From positions 1 to 59,008 of the IMG/VR virus record IMGVR_UViG_3300044994_000135: a DNA stretch of 59,008 nt, one strand, 5' to 3'. Source of the stretch: a virus (Duplodnaviria; Caudoviricetes). Below the pieces are notes generated by a model. It worked only from the letters and a program-made list of their open reading frames with translations. It ran no database searches and had not been told where the DNA came from. The first letter of the stretch is position 1. Each line of letters begins with the position of its first letter. Shown piece after piece: positions 46,564 to 56,512 of this stretch. Position numbers and translations under genes: made by a program.

Positions 46564-49500
46564 TAGGCGGCCGCCCCCGCCGTGTTAGCGATGCGCCGGA
46601 GTTGCTCGAACCGCCTGCGGTCCGCCGGCGAGAGGCGGCCCTTCTTGCGGAGGTTGGACAGGCGGGTGAACTCCCGTTGTTCCGCGCTCGACAGGCCCGG
46701 ACTTCCGCCGGTCGGCGGCGTTACCGTCGGGGTGGTCTCGGCGACGTTCACTTTGTCACCGAACCCGAACTTGTCGATGATGGCCTGGACGAGAGCGTCG
46801 AACGTCGAGGAGGTGAACCGCAACTCGATGTCCACCCCCTTCCTAAGCTCATTAAGCTGCTGGTTGATTATTGCGATGTCGTCTGCTGTCTGCTTGAGCG
46901 CGTCGGACGTACTGTCGAAATTTGCGAGGATATTGATCTTGGTGTCGTCGCTCGCGTTCTCCAGGTCGGTCAGCGAGGCGATGCCCGCCGAGTCCAGCGC
47001 GCCGAAAAAGCTGTTCACGATGCGCGGGTCGAACGCGCTCAGCAAGGACGCCCGAAGGTCCTGGATGCCCGCCTGCGGGACGGTGGCCGAGAAGTCCTGG
47101 AGCGCCTTGCGGGCGAAATCGAAGTTACCCTTGAGGGCCTGGACCTCCTCGTTGGTGGCCCCGCTGTTCACCGCGCTATCGAACGCGGCGCGGGCCTTGT
47201 CGAACTCCTTGGTGAGCCGCTGGAACTCGGCCAGGCGGTCGGGGGCGCTCTTCTCCAAGAACTGTTCTTGCGCCTCGATGGCCAGGTCGCGCAGGGCGTC
47301 GAGCGAGAACGCCCCGCCGTTCTCGCCACCGCGCAGGATGTTGCGGAACGCCCCGGTTACGTCGCCGGTCACTCCGGGGATACCGCCCTCGGCGATGTCC
47401 TTCAATTTCCTCAGCTCGGCGGCCGCTTCGTTGACGCCGAGCTTCCCGGCCTTGAACGAGTTGATGATGCTCTTCCCGGCGTCCTCGGCGCTGATGCCGA
47501 GCTCGCGCATGGCGATCCCGAGGGCGTTGGCGTCGTTCAGGAACGGTTGGAGGAGTTCCGGGTTAAACGGCTTCTTGCCCTCGGTGCCGCCGCTCTTGCC
47601 GTTTAAGGCCGCTTGTAGCCTCTCGATCTCCTGCGCCAGGTTGCCGAGCACGCCGAAGTTCGGCTTGGCCTTGGCGAGTTCCTTGTTGTAGGCGTTCTGG
47701 GCCCGCTTGAGCTCTTCCACCTTGCGGCGGGTGTCGTCGTAGAGGTTCGAGAGCTGCCGCCCGGCCTCGCGGTTGTCCAGTTGCCCCGAGTTGAGTTGGT
47801 CCAGGATGCGCTTGTAATCGGCGGACGCTACGGTGAGCCGCCGCACCTCTTGCAGCAGTTGCTCGCGCTCGCGTTTGCGCCGATCACGCTCCTGCTCGGC
47901 CTTGCTCTGCGCGGCCGATCTGCCGGACGAGGCGCTGCTGCCCCGGCTTATTGGCACGGGGCTGGCAAAGTTCTTCTGCGTGCCGACCTCATTCTCGGGC
48001 GGTGTCACTGCGGCGTTGGTCGGGGCCCCGCCGGCTAGAATTTGCTGAACGTTCGCCGCAAACGAAATCAGCTTCTCCTCTCCGGCGTTGATCAGCTCCT
48101 CGATCGAGTTAATCCCCGACTGCTTGAGCGCCTGGAAGAACAGCGTGATCTTGTCCGCGCCCAGGCCGAACGCCCTCACTAGACGCTGCACCAACTCCTC
48201 GTAGGTGATCCCGAGCTCTTTCGCCTCCCCCCCCACGCCGCGCAGGGAGTTGAACAAGATCTGGCCCGGGTTGTCGGCCTTCAGCGCCGTTCGGAATTTG
48301 TCGATCGCCTGGTCCACGGCGCCGACCGCGCCGGGGATGCCGACCTCAAGAACGTCCCGAAGGCCGACGAGCGCGTTCTGCGTCTCCTGGATGGACAGCT
48401 CACCCTTCTTGAACGCCTGGAGGATCGCGTTGCCAAGCTCTTCGAAGCTCTTGCCGGTCTGTTCAACCAGCGCTTGCAAGTTCAGCAGCTCGCCGCCGAT
48501 GTTGTTGGCGAACACCGCCGCGAGCTGCCCGCCGATGTCCTCGGACACCCCGAGCAGTTGCTCGAACGCCGCGCCGACGCCCGCGAACGCGACTTGGGCC
48601 TCTCCGGGCAAGGTGCTCAGAAAGCTGAACGGGTTGTTCGCGCCCTTTGCGCCGAACTCCAGGTTCTCGCCGCCGAAGAGCGTGTCCCCCTGGAACACCA
48701 GGTCCTTGATCTGCTTGACCTCGTTGCCGACGATGATCGACAGGCGGTTGGCGTCGAAGATGTCGGCAAAGAACTTGTCGGCGGCCTTACGGGCTTTGGT
48801 GGCCGCGGAGTCTTCGAGGGCGCTTGAAATGGTTTTTTCCAGGACCGCGCCAAGGATCGGGCCTGTTATCGAGCCGAACAAGCTCTGAGAGATTTGATTG
48901 ACCGCCGGGCCTACATCGCTACTATCAAAACCATCCAAGATTGCCTTCGCGATCTGCTGAGAGATTATCTCGCCAACTCGCGCCAGTGCGGCGATCAACC
49001 CGCCCTCAAGGCCGCTCGCGAAGATCGCGGCAAAGTCGGCGCCAGCGGCTTGAGCAGAAAAGCCATTGGGATTGTCGCTAAAAAGTTGTCCGAGTATATC
49101 CTCCTGCGAAACCCCGGCGCGGAGCTTCCTGATCAGCGAGTCCGCCAAGGAATCGCCAGTACCCCCGCTCTGCGCCTTATCCAGCTCCTTGCGGAAGGTC
49201 TCGACCAGGAATTGCGCCGCCTTGCGGGCGTCCTCGGGGTCGCTGATGCCCTCAAGGATCTTATCCTTGAGGGCGAGCACGGACTGGATGACGTCCGAGC
49301 CGTTATTCCCCGCGTCCTCGAACGCCTTCCTCACCTCGTCGATGATAGTAAACTGCGTCGGAGTGAATCGCCCGAATAGCTCGTTGATCTGTACGTCGGC
49401 GTCGTTGCTGATTTTGCGGAGCTCCTCGGCCAATTTCTCGGCGGCGTCACCCGCTTTGTTGATTTTACTCGCGCTACTCTCGCCGTCCTGGCCGAGCTTG

Positions 49501-50615
49501 ATCAGCACATTCCCGGCCTTCGCGCCCTCCGTCTGCAACTTGGCGAGCTTCTGCCGCGAGACTTCTTCGACGGCCTTACCGAAGCTTGGCATCTCGCGGT
49601 TCTTAAGTTGTCTCAAGATCTGCCCGAGGATGGCGAAGCCGTCCGAGAGTTGCTCCAGCTCGGCGCGCGCGACGCGAATCGCCTTGTTCGTGAACTCGAT
49701 GAACGCCGTAATCGCCCCGACGATGGCCCCCTTCACCGCGAGGATCGCACCCTTCACGGCCTCGGTGACAATGCGAAGCAATTCGCTTTCGTCCAGGGCT
49801 CGCTTCAGTTCGAGCGAAAGGTTAGCCGAGGCGGCGGCGTACCTTTTAGCCGCTTCGGTGACGTTTTTTGCCGCGTCCGCCGCTCGCTGCTCGGCGTCGG
49901 TGAACTCCCGCAAAACAAGGTTCCCGCCCTGGATGGTGCCGAACTTCTTGGCCAGGTTTTCGTTCCCGGTGAGGAGCGCCCGCGCCAGTTGCTCGGTCGC
50001 CTGCACGGCATCGCCACCGGTTGCGTTGGCGTACCGCTTGGCCGCCGCCGCGATCTCGTCGAACGTGCCCGGGTCAAAACCTTGTGCGAAGAGTTTGTTC
50101 GCCGTGGCGAGTAGTTGCGCGTTGTCGAGCGCTTGGCCGTAAGCGGCGCTCAGGCGGTTCTGCAAAACATCGGCGAGCACCCCCGCCTGGTCGGCGTTAT
50201 CGCGGAACGCATCGGCGATATCGCCGAAATCGTTCCCTTCGGCGGCCAGCGATATGAGCTTGTTGAGCGCGAGATTCGCGCCGCCGAGTGCGAGTGTAAC
50301 CCCCCCGATGGCGATCGCGACGGGGCCGGCCTTACTGGCAATTGAGCTGAGAGATCCTGCGACTAACGTCGCGCGGGCGTTGGTTTCGACGAACTTCTTC
50401 GAGAGGTCCGACACCGCCCCGATGGGGTTGCGAATTGACTCGGCGAGTTTGGAGATGGAGCCGTCGAGGATCTTCCCGCTCTTGGCGGCTTGGTCAGCTA
50501 TCCCGCTGAATTGTTTGGATAGGTCGGTAATCGCGCGCTTGGCCTGCTCGGCCTCAACCGTGACCTTTATCTGAACATCATTCCCCGACGTGCCGCCCGA
50601 CCCGAACGCGCCCAA
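46563..50615 (-). CDS. Tail tape measure protein
   Basis: 1350 aa, Ala/Gly/Leu-rich and helical; follows the tail chaperones. Confidence 0.88.
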   Translation of the reverse strand: MGAFGSGGTSGNDVQIKVTVEAEQAKRAITDLSKQFSGIADQAAKSGKILDGSISKLAESIRNPIGAVSDLSKKFVETNARATLVAGSLSSIASKAGPVAIAIGGVTLALGGANLALNKLISLAAEGNDFGDIADAFRDNADQAGVLADVLQNRLSAAYGQALDNAQLLATANKLFAQGFDPGTFDEIAAAAKRYANATGGDAVQATEQLARALLTGNENLAKKFGTIQGGNLVLREFTDAEQRAADAAKNVTEAAKRYAAASANLSLELKRALDESELLRIVTEAVKGAILAVKGAIVGAITAFIEFTNKAIRVARAELEQLSDGFAILGQILRQLKNREMPSFGKAVEEVSRQKLAKLQTEGAKAGNVLIKLGQDGESSASKINKAGDAAEKLAEELRKISNDADVQINELFGRFTPTQFTIIDEVRKAFEDAGNNGSDVIQSVLALKDKILEGISDPEDARKAAQFLVETFRKELDKAQSGGTGDSLADSLIRKLRAGVSQEDILGQLFSDNPNGFSAQAAGADFAAIFASGLEGGLIAALARVGEIISQQIAKAILDGFDSSDVGPAVNQISQSLFGSITGPILGAVLEKTISSALEDSAATKARKAADKFFADIFDANRLSIIVGNEVKQIKDLVFQGDTLFGGENLEFGAKGANNPFSFLSTLPGEAQVAFAGVGAAFEQLLGVSEDIGGQLAAVFANNIGGELLNLQALVEQTGKSFEELGNAILQAFKKGELSIQETQNALVGLRDVLEVGIPGAVGAVDQAIDKFRTALKADNPGQILFNSLRGVGGEAKELGITYEELVQRLVRAFGLGADKITLFFQALKQSGINSIEELINAGEEKLISFAANVQQILAGGAPTNAAVTPPENEVGTQKNFASPVPISRGSSASSGRSAAQSKAEQERDRRKREREQLLQEVRRLTVASADYKRILDQLNSGQLDNREAGRQLSNLYDDTRRKVEELKRAQNAYNKELAKAKPNFGVLGNLAQEIERLQAALNGKSGGTEGKKPFNPELLQPFLNDANALGIAMRELGISAEDAGKSIINSFKAGKLGVNEAAAELRKLKDIAEGGIPGVTGDVTGAFRNILRGGENGGAFSLDALRDLAIEAQEQFLEKSAPDRLAEFQRLTKEFDKARAAFDSAVNSGATNEEVQALKGNFDFARKALQDFSATVPQAGIQDLRASLLSAFDPRIVNSFFGALDSAGIASLTDLENASDDTKINILANFDSTSDALKQTADDIAIINQQLNELRKGVDIELRFTSSTFDALVQAIIDKFGFGDKVNVAETTPTVTPPTGGSPGLSSAEQREFTRLSNLRKKGRLSPADRRRFEQLRRIANTAGAAA

Positions 50616-50999
50616 CTACCGCCCGCCGCTCCGCGCCTTCTGCCTGGTCTTCTCGCTCTTGGCCTTCCAGTCTTGGTAGTTCTGCAGCACTCGTTTCGCC
50701 TCCAGGATGGTCGCCGCCGACTCCTGTTCGAGCCCGGAGTCGGCGATCAGTCGCTCGGTCAGTTTACCATAACCGCCGCCGAACATGAGCATCTCCGCCT
50801 GCAGGAACGCGTGGACGCGCTCGCCCAACTTGCGGTCGGGCGCCACGTCGGCATACGGGCACCCCTTGCGCGTGAGGCACAAAGGGCGCACCGGCTTTTT
50901 CTTGTCGAGCATCCGCGCGGTACACGCGCCGCACTCCAGGTCGGGGTCGTACAACCGCCCTTCGAGCAGCTTGATGAAGCGGCGGTTTACCCGTTTTTT
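50616..50999 (-). CDS. Tail assembly chaperone GT extension (-1 frameshift product)
   Basis: The -1 frame is open from slippery site A AAA AAC (50999-50993) into KRVNRRFIKLLEGRLYDPDLEC... Confidence 0.7.
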   Translation of the reverse strand, partial: KKRVNRRFIKLLEGRLYDPDLECGACTARMLDKKKPVRPLCLTRKGCPYADVAPDRKLGERVHAFLQAEMLMFGGGYGKLTERLIADSGLEQESAATILEAKRVLQNYQDWKAKSEKTRQKARSGGR

Positions 51000-51322
51000 G
51001 CGTCAGCGCCATTATTTTCGAGCACGTTGCGGCACGCCTCCACCCAGGCGTTCAGCACCCGGCGGAAGAAGAGCGGCGAGTGGTCCCCGGCCTTGAGCGA
51101 CTCCACCGTGACGGGCGTGCCGTCCTTCTTCGAGAGCCCCTCGACGCCGATGAGGTAGCGGTCCCAGAGCTTTGCGGCTTGCTTATCCGAGGGCAGGTCC
51201 TTGCCGTCCTCGTCCTTGTTCAAGCCCTCCAGGAACACCAGGATGTCGGCCTCGGGGTGCTTGAACGTGAGCTTCCCGTCCGCGCCGAACTTGACCACGA
51301 TGTCTTCGTCTATAATCGCCAT
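50987..51322 (-). CDS. Tail assembly chaperone G
   Basis: Between the tail tube and tape measure genes; ends at the slippery heptamer. Confidence 0.75.
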   Translation of the reverse strand: MAIIDEDIVVKFGADGKLTFKHPEADILVFLEGLNKDEDGKDLPSDKQAAKLWDRYLIGVEGLSKKDGTPVTVESLKAGDHSPLFFRRVLNAWVEACRNVLENNGADAKNG

Positions 51323-51353
51323 ACTTTAACCTACCTACACAACTGGCCGCGCC

Positions 51354-51389
51354 GTGGGTGCCGGGAGAGAATCCCCCGGGGCACCCCAC
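51354..51389. terminator. GC-rich hairpin after the tail tube gene
   Basis: GTGGGTGCCGGG...CCCGGGGCACCCCAC; U-tail is weak. Confidence 0.4.
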
Positions 51390-51410
51390 AGCGTAGCACC
51401 CGAAAAACTA

Positions 51411-52463
51411 CTACGGCAACAGCGTCGTCGAGAGGGTGTTGACGATCTCGACGTACGGTCGCGTGGAGGTCATGCCCGTCGGGTTGGCCGCCGCCTGGAG
51501 CACCTGGAACGACACCGACACGGGGTTACGGCCCTCGCTCGTGAGCGCGAAGTTGGGCGCGTCCACCATCACCATGCGGGGGACGAGGACCGTGAACCGC
51601 TTGTTCACGCCGGTGCCGATCTGCGTGCCCTCGACGGAGAACCGCGCCTTGCGGGCCGTCTCCGCCGTCCAGAGCGTGTACAGCGAGTGGTCGTTGAGCT
51701 GCTTGAACTCCATGGAGAGTGAGCCGGTGATGAGCCCCGAGGAGACCGGGGCGCTAAAGCCCGCCGCCTCTTTGATCTCGGGCACCAGCTCGAACGGTCG
51801 CTCCATGTTGAACTGCAGGCTGGTGATGGCCAGCTTGTCGGCGCCTGCCAGCGCCGCGCCAGACTGCGCGTTCTCGCGGTAGCTGTCGTCCTGGTCCACG
51901 ATGACCAGCTCGGGCGTGCCCTCGGTGAACGTGGTGGCGTCAAGCACGGCGTTGGTGTTCACCGTCGTGGAGAGCTCCAGGGTGTTGGCCAGGAGGGACG
52001 CGGTGAAGTCGATGTAGCCGCGGACGCCCGTGGTCGAAACCCCCCACGCCGTGACGTAACACGTCGGCAGCTCGTGGACGAGGGCGCTGGTCGATTCATA
52101 GGCCAGGGTGACGAACTTCGAGAGGGTGTCGGCCACGGTGATCGTGTGCCGGTAGTCGCCCTGGCCCCCCGTGACCTCCGTCGGGGCGCCCGAGGTGCCC
52201 ATAAACACGGCGATGAGCGTGTCGCACCCGTTGCGGTATCCGAGGTCGGACGTGACCGACGCCGTGTAGAGGGTGTTCCCCCGCGCCACGTTGGCGTTCA
52301 TCACCCGGCCCGAGCCGATCGAGCGGTCGGTCAGTGTGTCCGTTGCGGCCTCGATGCTGATCTCGCCCGCGAACCGGTTCCCCGCCCCGGCGGCAACCGC
52401 CGTGCCCCACGTGCTCGCCGCCCGGACTGCGCCGGTTGCGAAAGCTCCTTGAATTGCTGCCAT
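51411..52463 (-). CDS. Major tail tube protein
   Basis: 350 aa, beta-rich; canonical position. Confidence 0.75.
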   Translation of the reverse strand: MAAIQGAFATGAVRAASTWGTAVAAGAGNRFAGEISIEAATDTLTDRSIGSGRVMNANVARGNTLYTASVTSDLGYRNGCDTLIAVFMGTSGAPTEVTGGQGDYRHTITVADTLSKFVTLAYESTSALVHELPTCYVTAWGVSTTGVRGYIDFTASLLANTLELSTTVNTNAVLDATTFTEGTPELVIVDQDDSYRENAQSGAALAGADKLAITSLQFNMERPFELVPEIKEAAGFSAPVSSGLITGSLSMEFKQLNDHSLYTLWTAETARKARFSVEGTQIGTGVNKRFTVLVPRMVMVDAPNFALTSEGRNPVSVSFQVLQAAANPTGMTSTRPYVEIVNTLSTTLLP

Positions 52464-52475
52464 AACTTGAAATCC

Positions 52476-52955
52476 TTAAACGAAAATAGCCTTAAATCCG
52501 AGATATGTGACCGCCCCGCGCCAGCACTGGCGACCGTCCACGGTGGTCACGTCGATCCGCTCGGGCTCTCCGCCCGAGTAGTAGTCTACCGTATTGTCCC
52601 AGTTGGCCGTTAGCGCCGTGCGGACCAGGTCGTCGATGCTCTCCAGGCGGTCGGCGAGCGTGTTGTACGTGCTCTCGGCCACGTCGGTCTGCTGCAGGTA
52701 GTAGGTGAGCCGGACCTCGAACGTCTGGTCGATGTTGGCCATGGGGTCGAACGCCTGTTTGCGGCGGACGAGGCACACCATGAAGTTCACGAGCGGCATC
52801 GAGCCGTCGCCGGGGTTGTGGATGAGCCGCGAGGCGTCGAGCTGGGTGTCGGCCAGCACGTCGTACAGGTAGACGCGGGAGGTCATGGCCGCGACCGTCG
52901 CCGAGTCGAAGATGTTCTCCTGCCACGCCGTGCGCACCGCCAGACCGGTCGTCAT
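52476..52955 (-). CDS. Tail terminator/completion protein
   Basis: Size and position upstream of the tail tube gene. Confidence 0.6.
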   Translation of the reverse strand: MTTGLAVRTAWQENIFDSATVAAMTSRVYLYDVLADTQLDASRLIHNPGDGSMPLVNFMVCLVRRKQAFDPMANIDQTFEVRLTYYLQQTDVAESTYNTLADRLESIDDLVRTALTANWDNTVDYYSGGEPERIDVTTVDGRQCWRGAVTYLGFKAIFV

Positions 52956-53683
52956 CGGAGCATGATCAGCGTCCCGCCGCCAGCCGTGGTGGTGTCGGGC
53001 AGGCCGTCGCCGTCGGAGTCGTACCCGAGCTTGATGCCCTCGAACACCAGCGCGAACTCCCGCTCAAGGGCCTCGTGCTTCACCCAGTGCTTGTCCCCGT
53101 TCTCTTGCGAGGCGACGAACAGCAGCATCGAGAGGGCCTTGAGCGTCACCGCGAGCTTTAGCTCGTCGGGCCGGTTGACGCGCGCCCACTTATACCCGGC
53201 GCGATCCAGCTTGTTCTTCACGTGCAGGATGGCCTGCGCGATGTAGCGCTCCCGCTGGGTGTCGGTGGAGTAGCTGTCGATGTGCGGGTAGTGGTCGCGG
53301 AGGTCGTTCTGCGTCACGTTCAGCGGCCTGTCCTGCGACAGCACCCGCTCAAGAGTTAGGGGCTTCAGAACCGTTTGGATCTGCTCGGTCGCCTGCAGCC
53401 GGAAGTTGATCGCGATGTAGTAGTCTTCGACGCCCGCCGAGCCCGTCGGGTCCGGGTCGTCAATGGCCGGGATGGTGAAGTGGAACGACTGCCGCTCGGC
53501 GTCCCACGCCCACGAGCTGATCGTGACCACCGCGCCAGTCCCCGCCGCCGCCTGGTTGCGGGTCGGCTGGGTGTCGAACACGTAGATCGCCGGGGTCTGG
53601 ACGGTCAGCAGCGTGCTCGGGACCTCGTTGTCCACGAGCGGTTGGAACCAGTAGGTGATGTTCTTGCCGAACGGGTAGCCCAC
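52952..53683 (-). CDS. Head-tail connector-like protein
   Basis: Position; C-terminal YDSDGDGLPD motif. Confidence 0.6.
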   Translation of the reverse strand: MGYPFGKNITYWFQPLVDNEVPSTLLTVQTPAIYVFDTQPTRNQAAAGTGAVVTISSWAWDAERQSFHFTIPAIDDPDPTGSAGVEDYYIAINFRLQATEQIQTVLKPLTLERVLSQDRPLNVTQNDLRDHYPHIDSYSTDTQRERYIAQAILHVKNKLDRAGYKWARVNRPDELKLAVTLKALSMLLFVASQENGDKHWVKHEALEREFALVFEGIKLGYDSDGDGLPDTTTAGGGTLIMLR

Positions 53684-53690
53684 TGGTCAG

Positions 53691-53898
53691 TTACTCCTCG
53701 CCCTCGCCCTCGTCCTCGCCGGTCTCCAGCGCGGGCGCGTCCTCGCCGGTCTCCAGCGCGGGCGCGTCGAGCGCTCGGTCGACGGCCTGCCGCCTCACCA
53801 GCGCCTCGACGTCGGCGAGTAACTCGGCGGGGATCTCGCCCTCCCTGCCGTCCTTAAACGCGTCAATGTGCTCGCTTCGGATCTTGCCCTTGCTCATA
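53691..53898 (-). CDS. Small acidic protein
   Basis: MSKGKIRSE... with duplicated DAPALETGE (27-bp repeat). Confidence 0.55.
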
Positions 53899-54091
53899 TC
53901 TTGTTGTCCCTCTTGTCTCTCTCCGCGCACTCCTCGGCCTGCTTGCGGAACTGCTCGGTGCTTTTGACGCCCTCGCCCCGCTGCTCGGCAGCCCGCCGGG
54001 CATGGGCCATGGTCCTGTCGATGGCCTCGCGCACCTCGCGCTCGCTCATCCGCTCCTTGGCGACCTCGACCGCGGTGATTCTCATGTTCAT
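53894..54091 (-). CDS. Small charged helical protein
   Basis: 65 aa ORF coupled to its neighbours. Confidence 0.55.
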   Translation of the reverse strand: MNMRITAVEVAKERMSEREVREAIDRTMAHARRAAEQRGEGVKSTEQFRKQAEECAERDKRDNKI

Positions 54092-54444
54092 AACTCATCG
54101 ACCCTCGATAAAAGCTCCGGGTGCGCGTACACGCACTTCTCGGCCACCTCGGGCCGCACGTGCCCGCCCTGGAGCAACCGCTCGATGTGCCCGCAGAAAA
54201 AGGGCCGGAGCGTCGGCGTGCCCGTCAGGTCCTTGAACACCTTGCTGCGGAAGGTGCCAATCGAAACGACCGGCACATCGGCCATCGGCCCGGAGTACCG
54301 CTCGCGATACACCGAGCACGAGTTGTCCGAGTTGAGCCGCGGGCACCTGACCGGGGCGGGCTCGTAGGGGTCGTGGCAGTAGCAACAAGACGCCTTGCAG
54401 ATCTCTTTGCAGTACCGAACGACCTTCGGATCGCTGTCGTCCAC
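54088..54444 (-). CDS. YkgJ-like cysteine-cluster protein
   Basis: CKEICKASCC...CPRL...CSVYRER...C pattern. Confidence 0.65.
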   Translation of the reverse strand: MDDSDPKVVRYCKEICKASCCYCHDPYEPAPVRCPRLNSDNSCSVYRERYSGPMADVPVVSIGTFRSKVFKDLTGTPTLRPFFCGHIERLLQGGHVRPEVAEKCVYAHPELLSRVDEL

Positions 54445-54465
54445 AACCCCTACCGGAACGGCTCA

Positions 54466-54888
54466 TCAGATTATGATGCTCTCGACTTTCGCTTCCCACT
54501 TCCACGACTCGGCCGCGATGCCGGTCACCCGGAGCTCGACCGTCTGATCGGTGGTGTTCGCCGCGAAGACGATCGCCGGAGTCCCGGCAGAGTCCTCGGC
54601 GATGGTGCCCTGCGGCGACCCGACCGCCGTCACGTTACCCGCCGACTGTCTGCGGAAGGCGGCGCTCACGTGGATGTACGCCGCTGAGGTCGCCGCATCG
54701 ATCTTGCCGATCACGAACCCGCGAACGGCGATGGCCTCTCCCACGGCGATCGGGCGACTGCGCCAGATGACCGTCACGGTCGCGTCGCTCGTGGCGACCT
54801 TCCGCTGGTCCTCAACGCACCCCTCCTTGTAGGAGCCGCCTTCGGCTACAACTGCCCGGCTGTCGTTCTGGTTGAATGGAGTTCCCAT
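54466..54888 (-). CDS. Virion structural protein (decoration-like)
   Basis: Beta-rich, 140 aa, downstream of the capsid gene. Confidence 0.5.
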   Translation of the reverse strand: MGTPFNQNDSRAVVAEGGSYKEGCVEDQRKVATSDATVTVIWRSRPIAVGEAIAVRGFVIGKIDAATSAAYIHVSAAFRRQSAGNVTAVGSPQGTIAEDSAGTPAIVFAANTTDQTVELRVTGIAAESWKWEAKVESIII

Positions 54889-54910
54889 AAAGATCCCTTA
54901 TTAAATGGCG

Positions 54911-55114
54911 CTACCCGCGCCGTGAGTCCAAATCCTTGTCCGCCCTGTCCGCGATACGATCCACCTGTTGCCGGATCTCGCGCTCGGTCACGTGGGTGTT
55001 GCCCATGCGCACGGCGGTCTCCTTGCAGTCGCGGTAGAGTGTCTCGCGGGCCGCCTTCCGCATGTCATCGGTGCTGTACCCCGTGGGCCTCTCGCCCTCT
55101 GGTCGCCTAAGCAT
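54911..55114 (-). CDS. Small charged helical protein
   Basis: 67 aa ORF overlapping the upstream gene. Confidence 0.5.
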   Translation of the reverse strand: MLRRPEGERPTGYSTDDMRKAARETLYRDCKETAVRMGNTHVTEREIRQQVDRIADRADKDLDSRRG

Positions 55115-55532
55115 CGGCTGCCTTCTTTTCTGCCGCCTTTGCGCTGCGCTGCAAACGCTCCTCCAAGCTCGCTGGCCTCGTACGCTCGGCGGCCTCCATT
55201 TCCCGCTTTAGATCCTCGCGGGCCATCTTCCGCATGGCCAGTTGGTTGTCGATGTGGTTTCGGATCTGCGTGTGCTCGTCAACCATGTTCTCGGCGGTCG
55301 AGATGCCCCCGATGCCGTCGTTCCTGAGGAGGTTGCCGTAGCCCAGAATCGGCCAGCCCTTCATCTCGTACTTCTGCACGTTGGCGTAAGTGCCGGCGGA
55401 GGATTCAAGGTTGAAAAAGAACACGTCTTTGAACTCCTTCCCCTTGACCCCTTTATTGCGGGTGGCAAGAAAGGCCACGAACGGGTACCGCGGCTTTTCC
55501 ATATTCTCGTAATCGATCAATTCTGAAGACAT
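55107..55532 (-). CDS. Hypothetical protein
   Basis: ATG at 55532 after GAGG (MSSELIDYEN...). Confidence 0.6.
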   Translation of the reverse strand: MSSELIDYENMEKPRYPFVAFLATRNKGVKGKEFKDVFFFNLESSAGTYANVQKYEMKGWPILGYGNLLRNDGIGGISTAENMVDEHTQIRNHIDNQLAMRKMAREDLKREMEAAERTRPASLEERLQRSAKAAEKKAADA

Positions 55533-55547
55533 AACCTCTGACTCACA

Positions 55548-55588
55548 CAAAACGGGCGGGGCGCTCACGCACAGGCAGCGCCCCGCCG
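55548..55588 (-). terminator. Intrinsic terminator after the major capsid gene
   Basis: GGCGGGGCGCT...AGCGCCCCGCC stem followed by GTTTTG on the minus strand. Confidence 0.65.
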
Positions 55589-55608
55589 GGTTAACAACTA
55601 ACTACCGA

Positions 55609-56490
55609 TTAGGCCACGTCGCTCTTCAGGCAGACGCCCGCAGAGTCGACGTACTCCCCGACCTGGTACCACATCATCGTCTTGATGTTCAGGATGCTGT
55701 TGGCGAACTCGGTCTGTTCGGCGATCGAAGTCTCGAACGCCGGCTCGTCCCCGCTCGGGTAGAGGGCCGCGATGGCAAACTGCGGAGCCCACACCCCCCC
55801 GACGTGGTTGGTGTTGGAGTCGGCGAGCGCCGTGTTCCCGGACTCGTACAGCTCGATCCCGAGCATCGTGCCGAGGAAGCCCGGGACGGCTTGAGCGCCG
55901 TTCAGAGCTCGCTCGGGGTTGAACTGCGGGTTGGCGTAGAACGACCCGCTGGAGTTGCGGATATCATTGCCGATCTCGTAGGACTGCTTGTAGTTGAGCA
56001 CCCCGACAAGCCGCTGCGACGGGATGTTCCCGGCGCGGACCAGGTAGGCCGCTTCGAGGATCTTCGCCACCGTCATTGTCGCGCCCGCGTCGACGACTTG
56101 CGAGAAGCCGGCTGCCAGGGCGAGGACGTCCTGGTCGAACTTCTTCGCGCACGCCTGGGCGCTGAGGGACGCCAACCGGTTCGGGTCAGCCCCCGCCGCG
56201 AACCGCACGCTCTCGATGGAGGGGCGGAGCAGCACAACGGCCTTTTGCAGAGTCAGCGTCACCTTAGTGTCGGTGAGCGTCTGGCTCGTCGCCGCGCCGA
56301 TCTCGGCCACCACCGAGGCGGTGATGCTGCCGGACTTCGGCAGGTCCTTGACGCGGGTGTTGGGGGCTCCGACGTTGAACGGAGCGACCAGCCGTGGCGC
56401 GATTACCTGGCTGGTGAACATTGGCACGATGGCGGCGTCCACTGCCGCCGCCAACGTGATCATGTTGGAATACTGGGTTTCGTTAGCCAT
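55609..56490 (-). CDS. Major capsid protein (HK97 fold)
   Basis: 293 aa after the scaffold gene; AKKFDQDVL and GTMLGIELYES; strong RBS. Confidence 0.85.
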   Translation of the reverse strand: MANETQYSNMITLAAAVDAAIVPMFTSQVIAPRLVAPFNVGAPNTRVKDLPKSGSITASVVAEIGAATSQTLTDTKVTLTLQKAVVLLRPSIESVRFAAGADPNRLASLSAQACAKKFDQDVLALAAGFSQVVDAGATMTVAKILEAAYLVRAGNIPSQRLVGVLNYKQSYEIGNDIRNSSGSFYANPQFNPERALNGAQAVPGFLGTMLGIELYESGNTALADSNTNHVGGVWAPQFAIAALYPSGDEPAFETSIAEQTEFANSILNIKTMMWYQVGEYVDSAGVCLKSDVA

Positions 56491-56512
56491 AAAATCTCCT
56501 TAAAAGGCCCCT

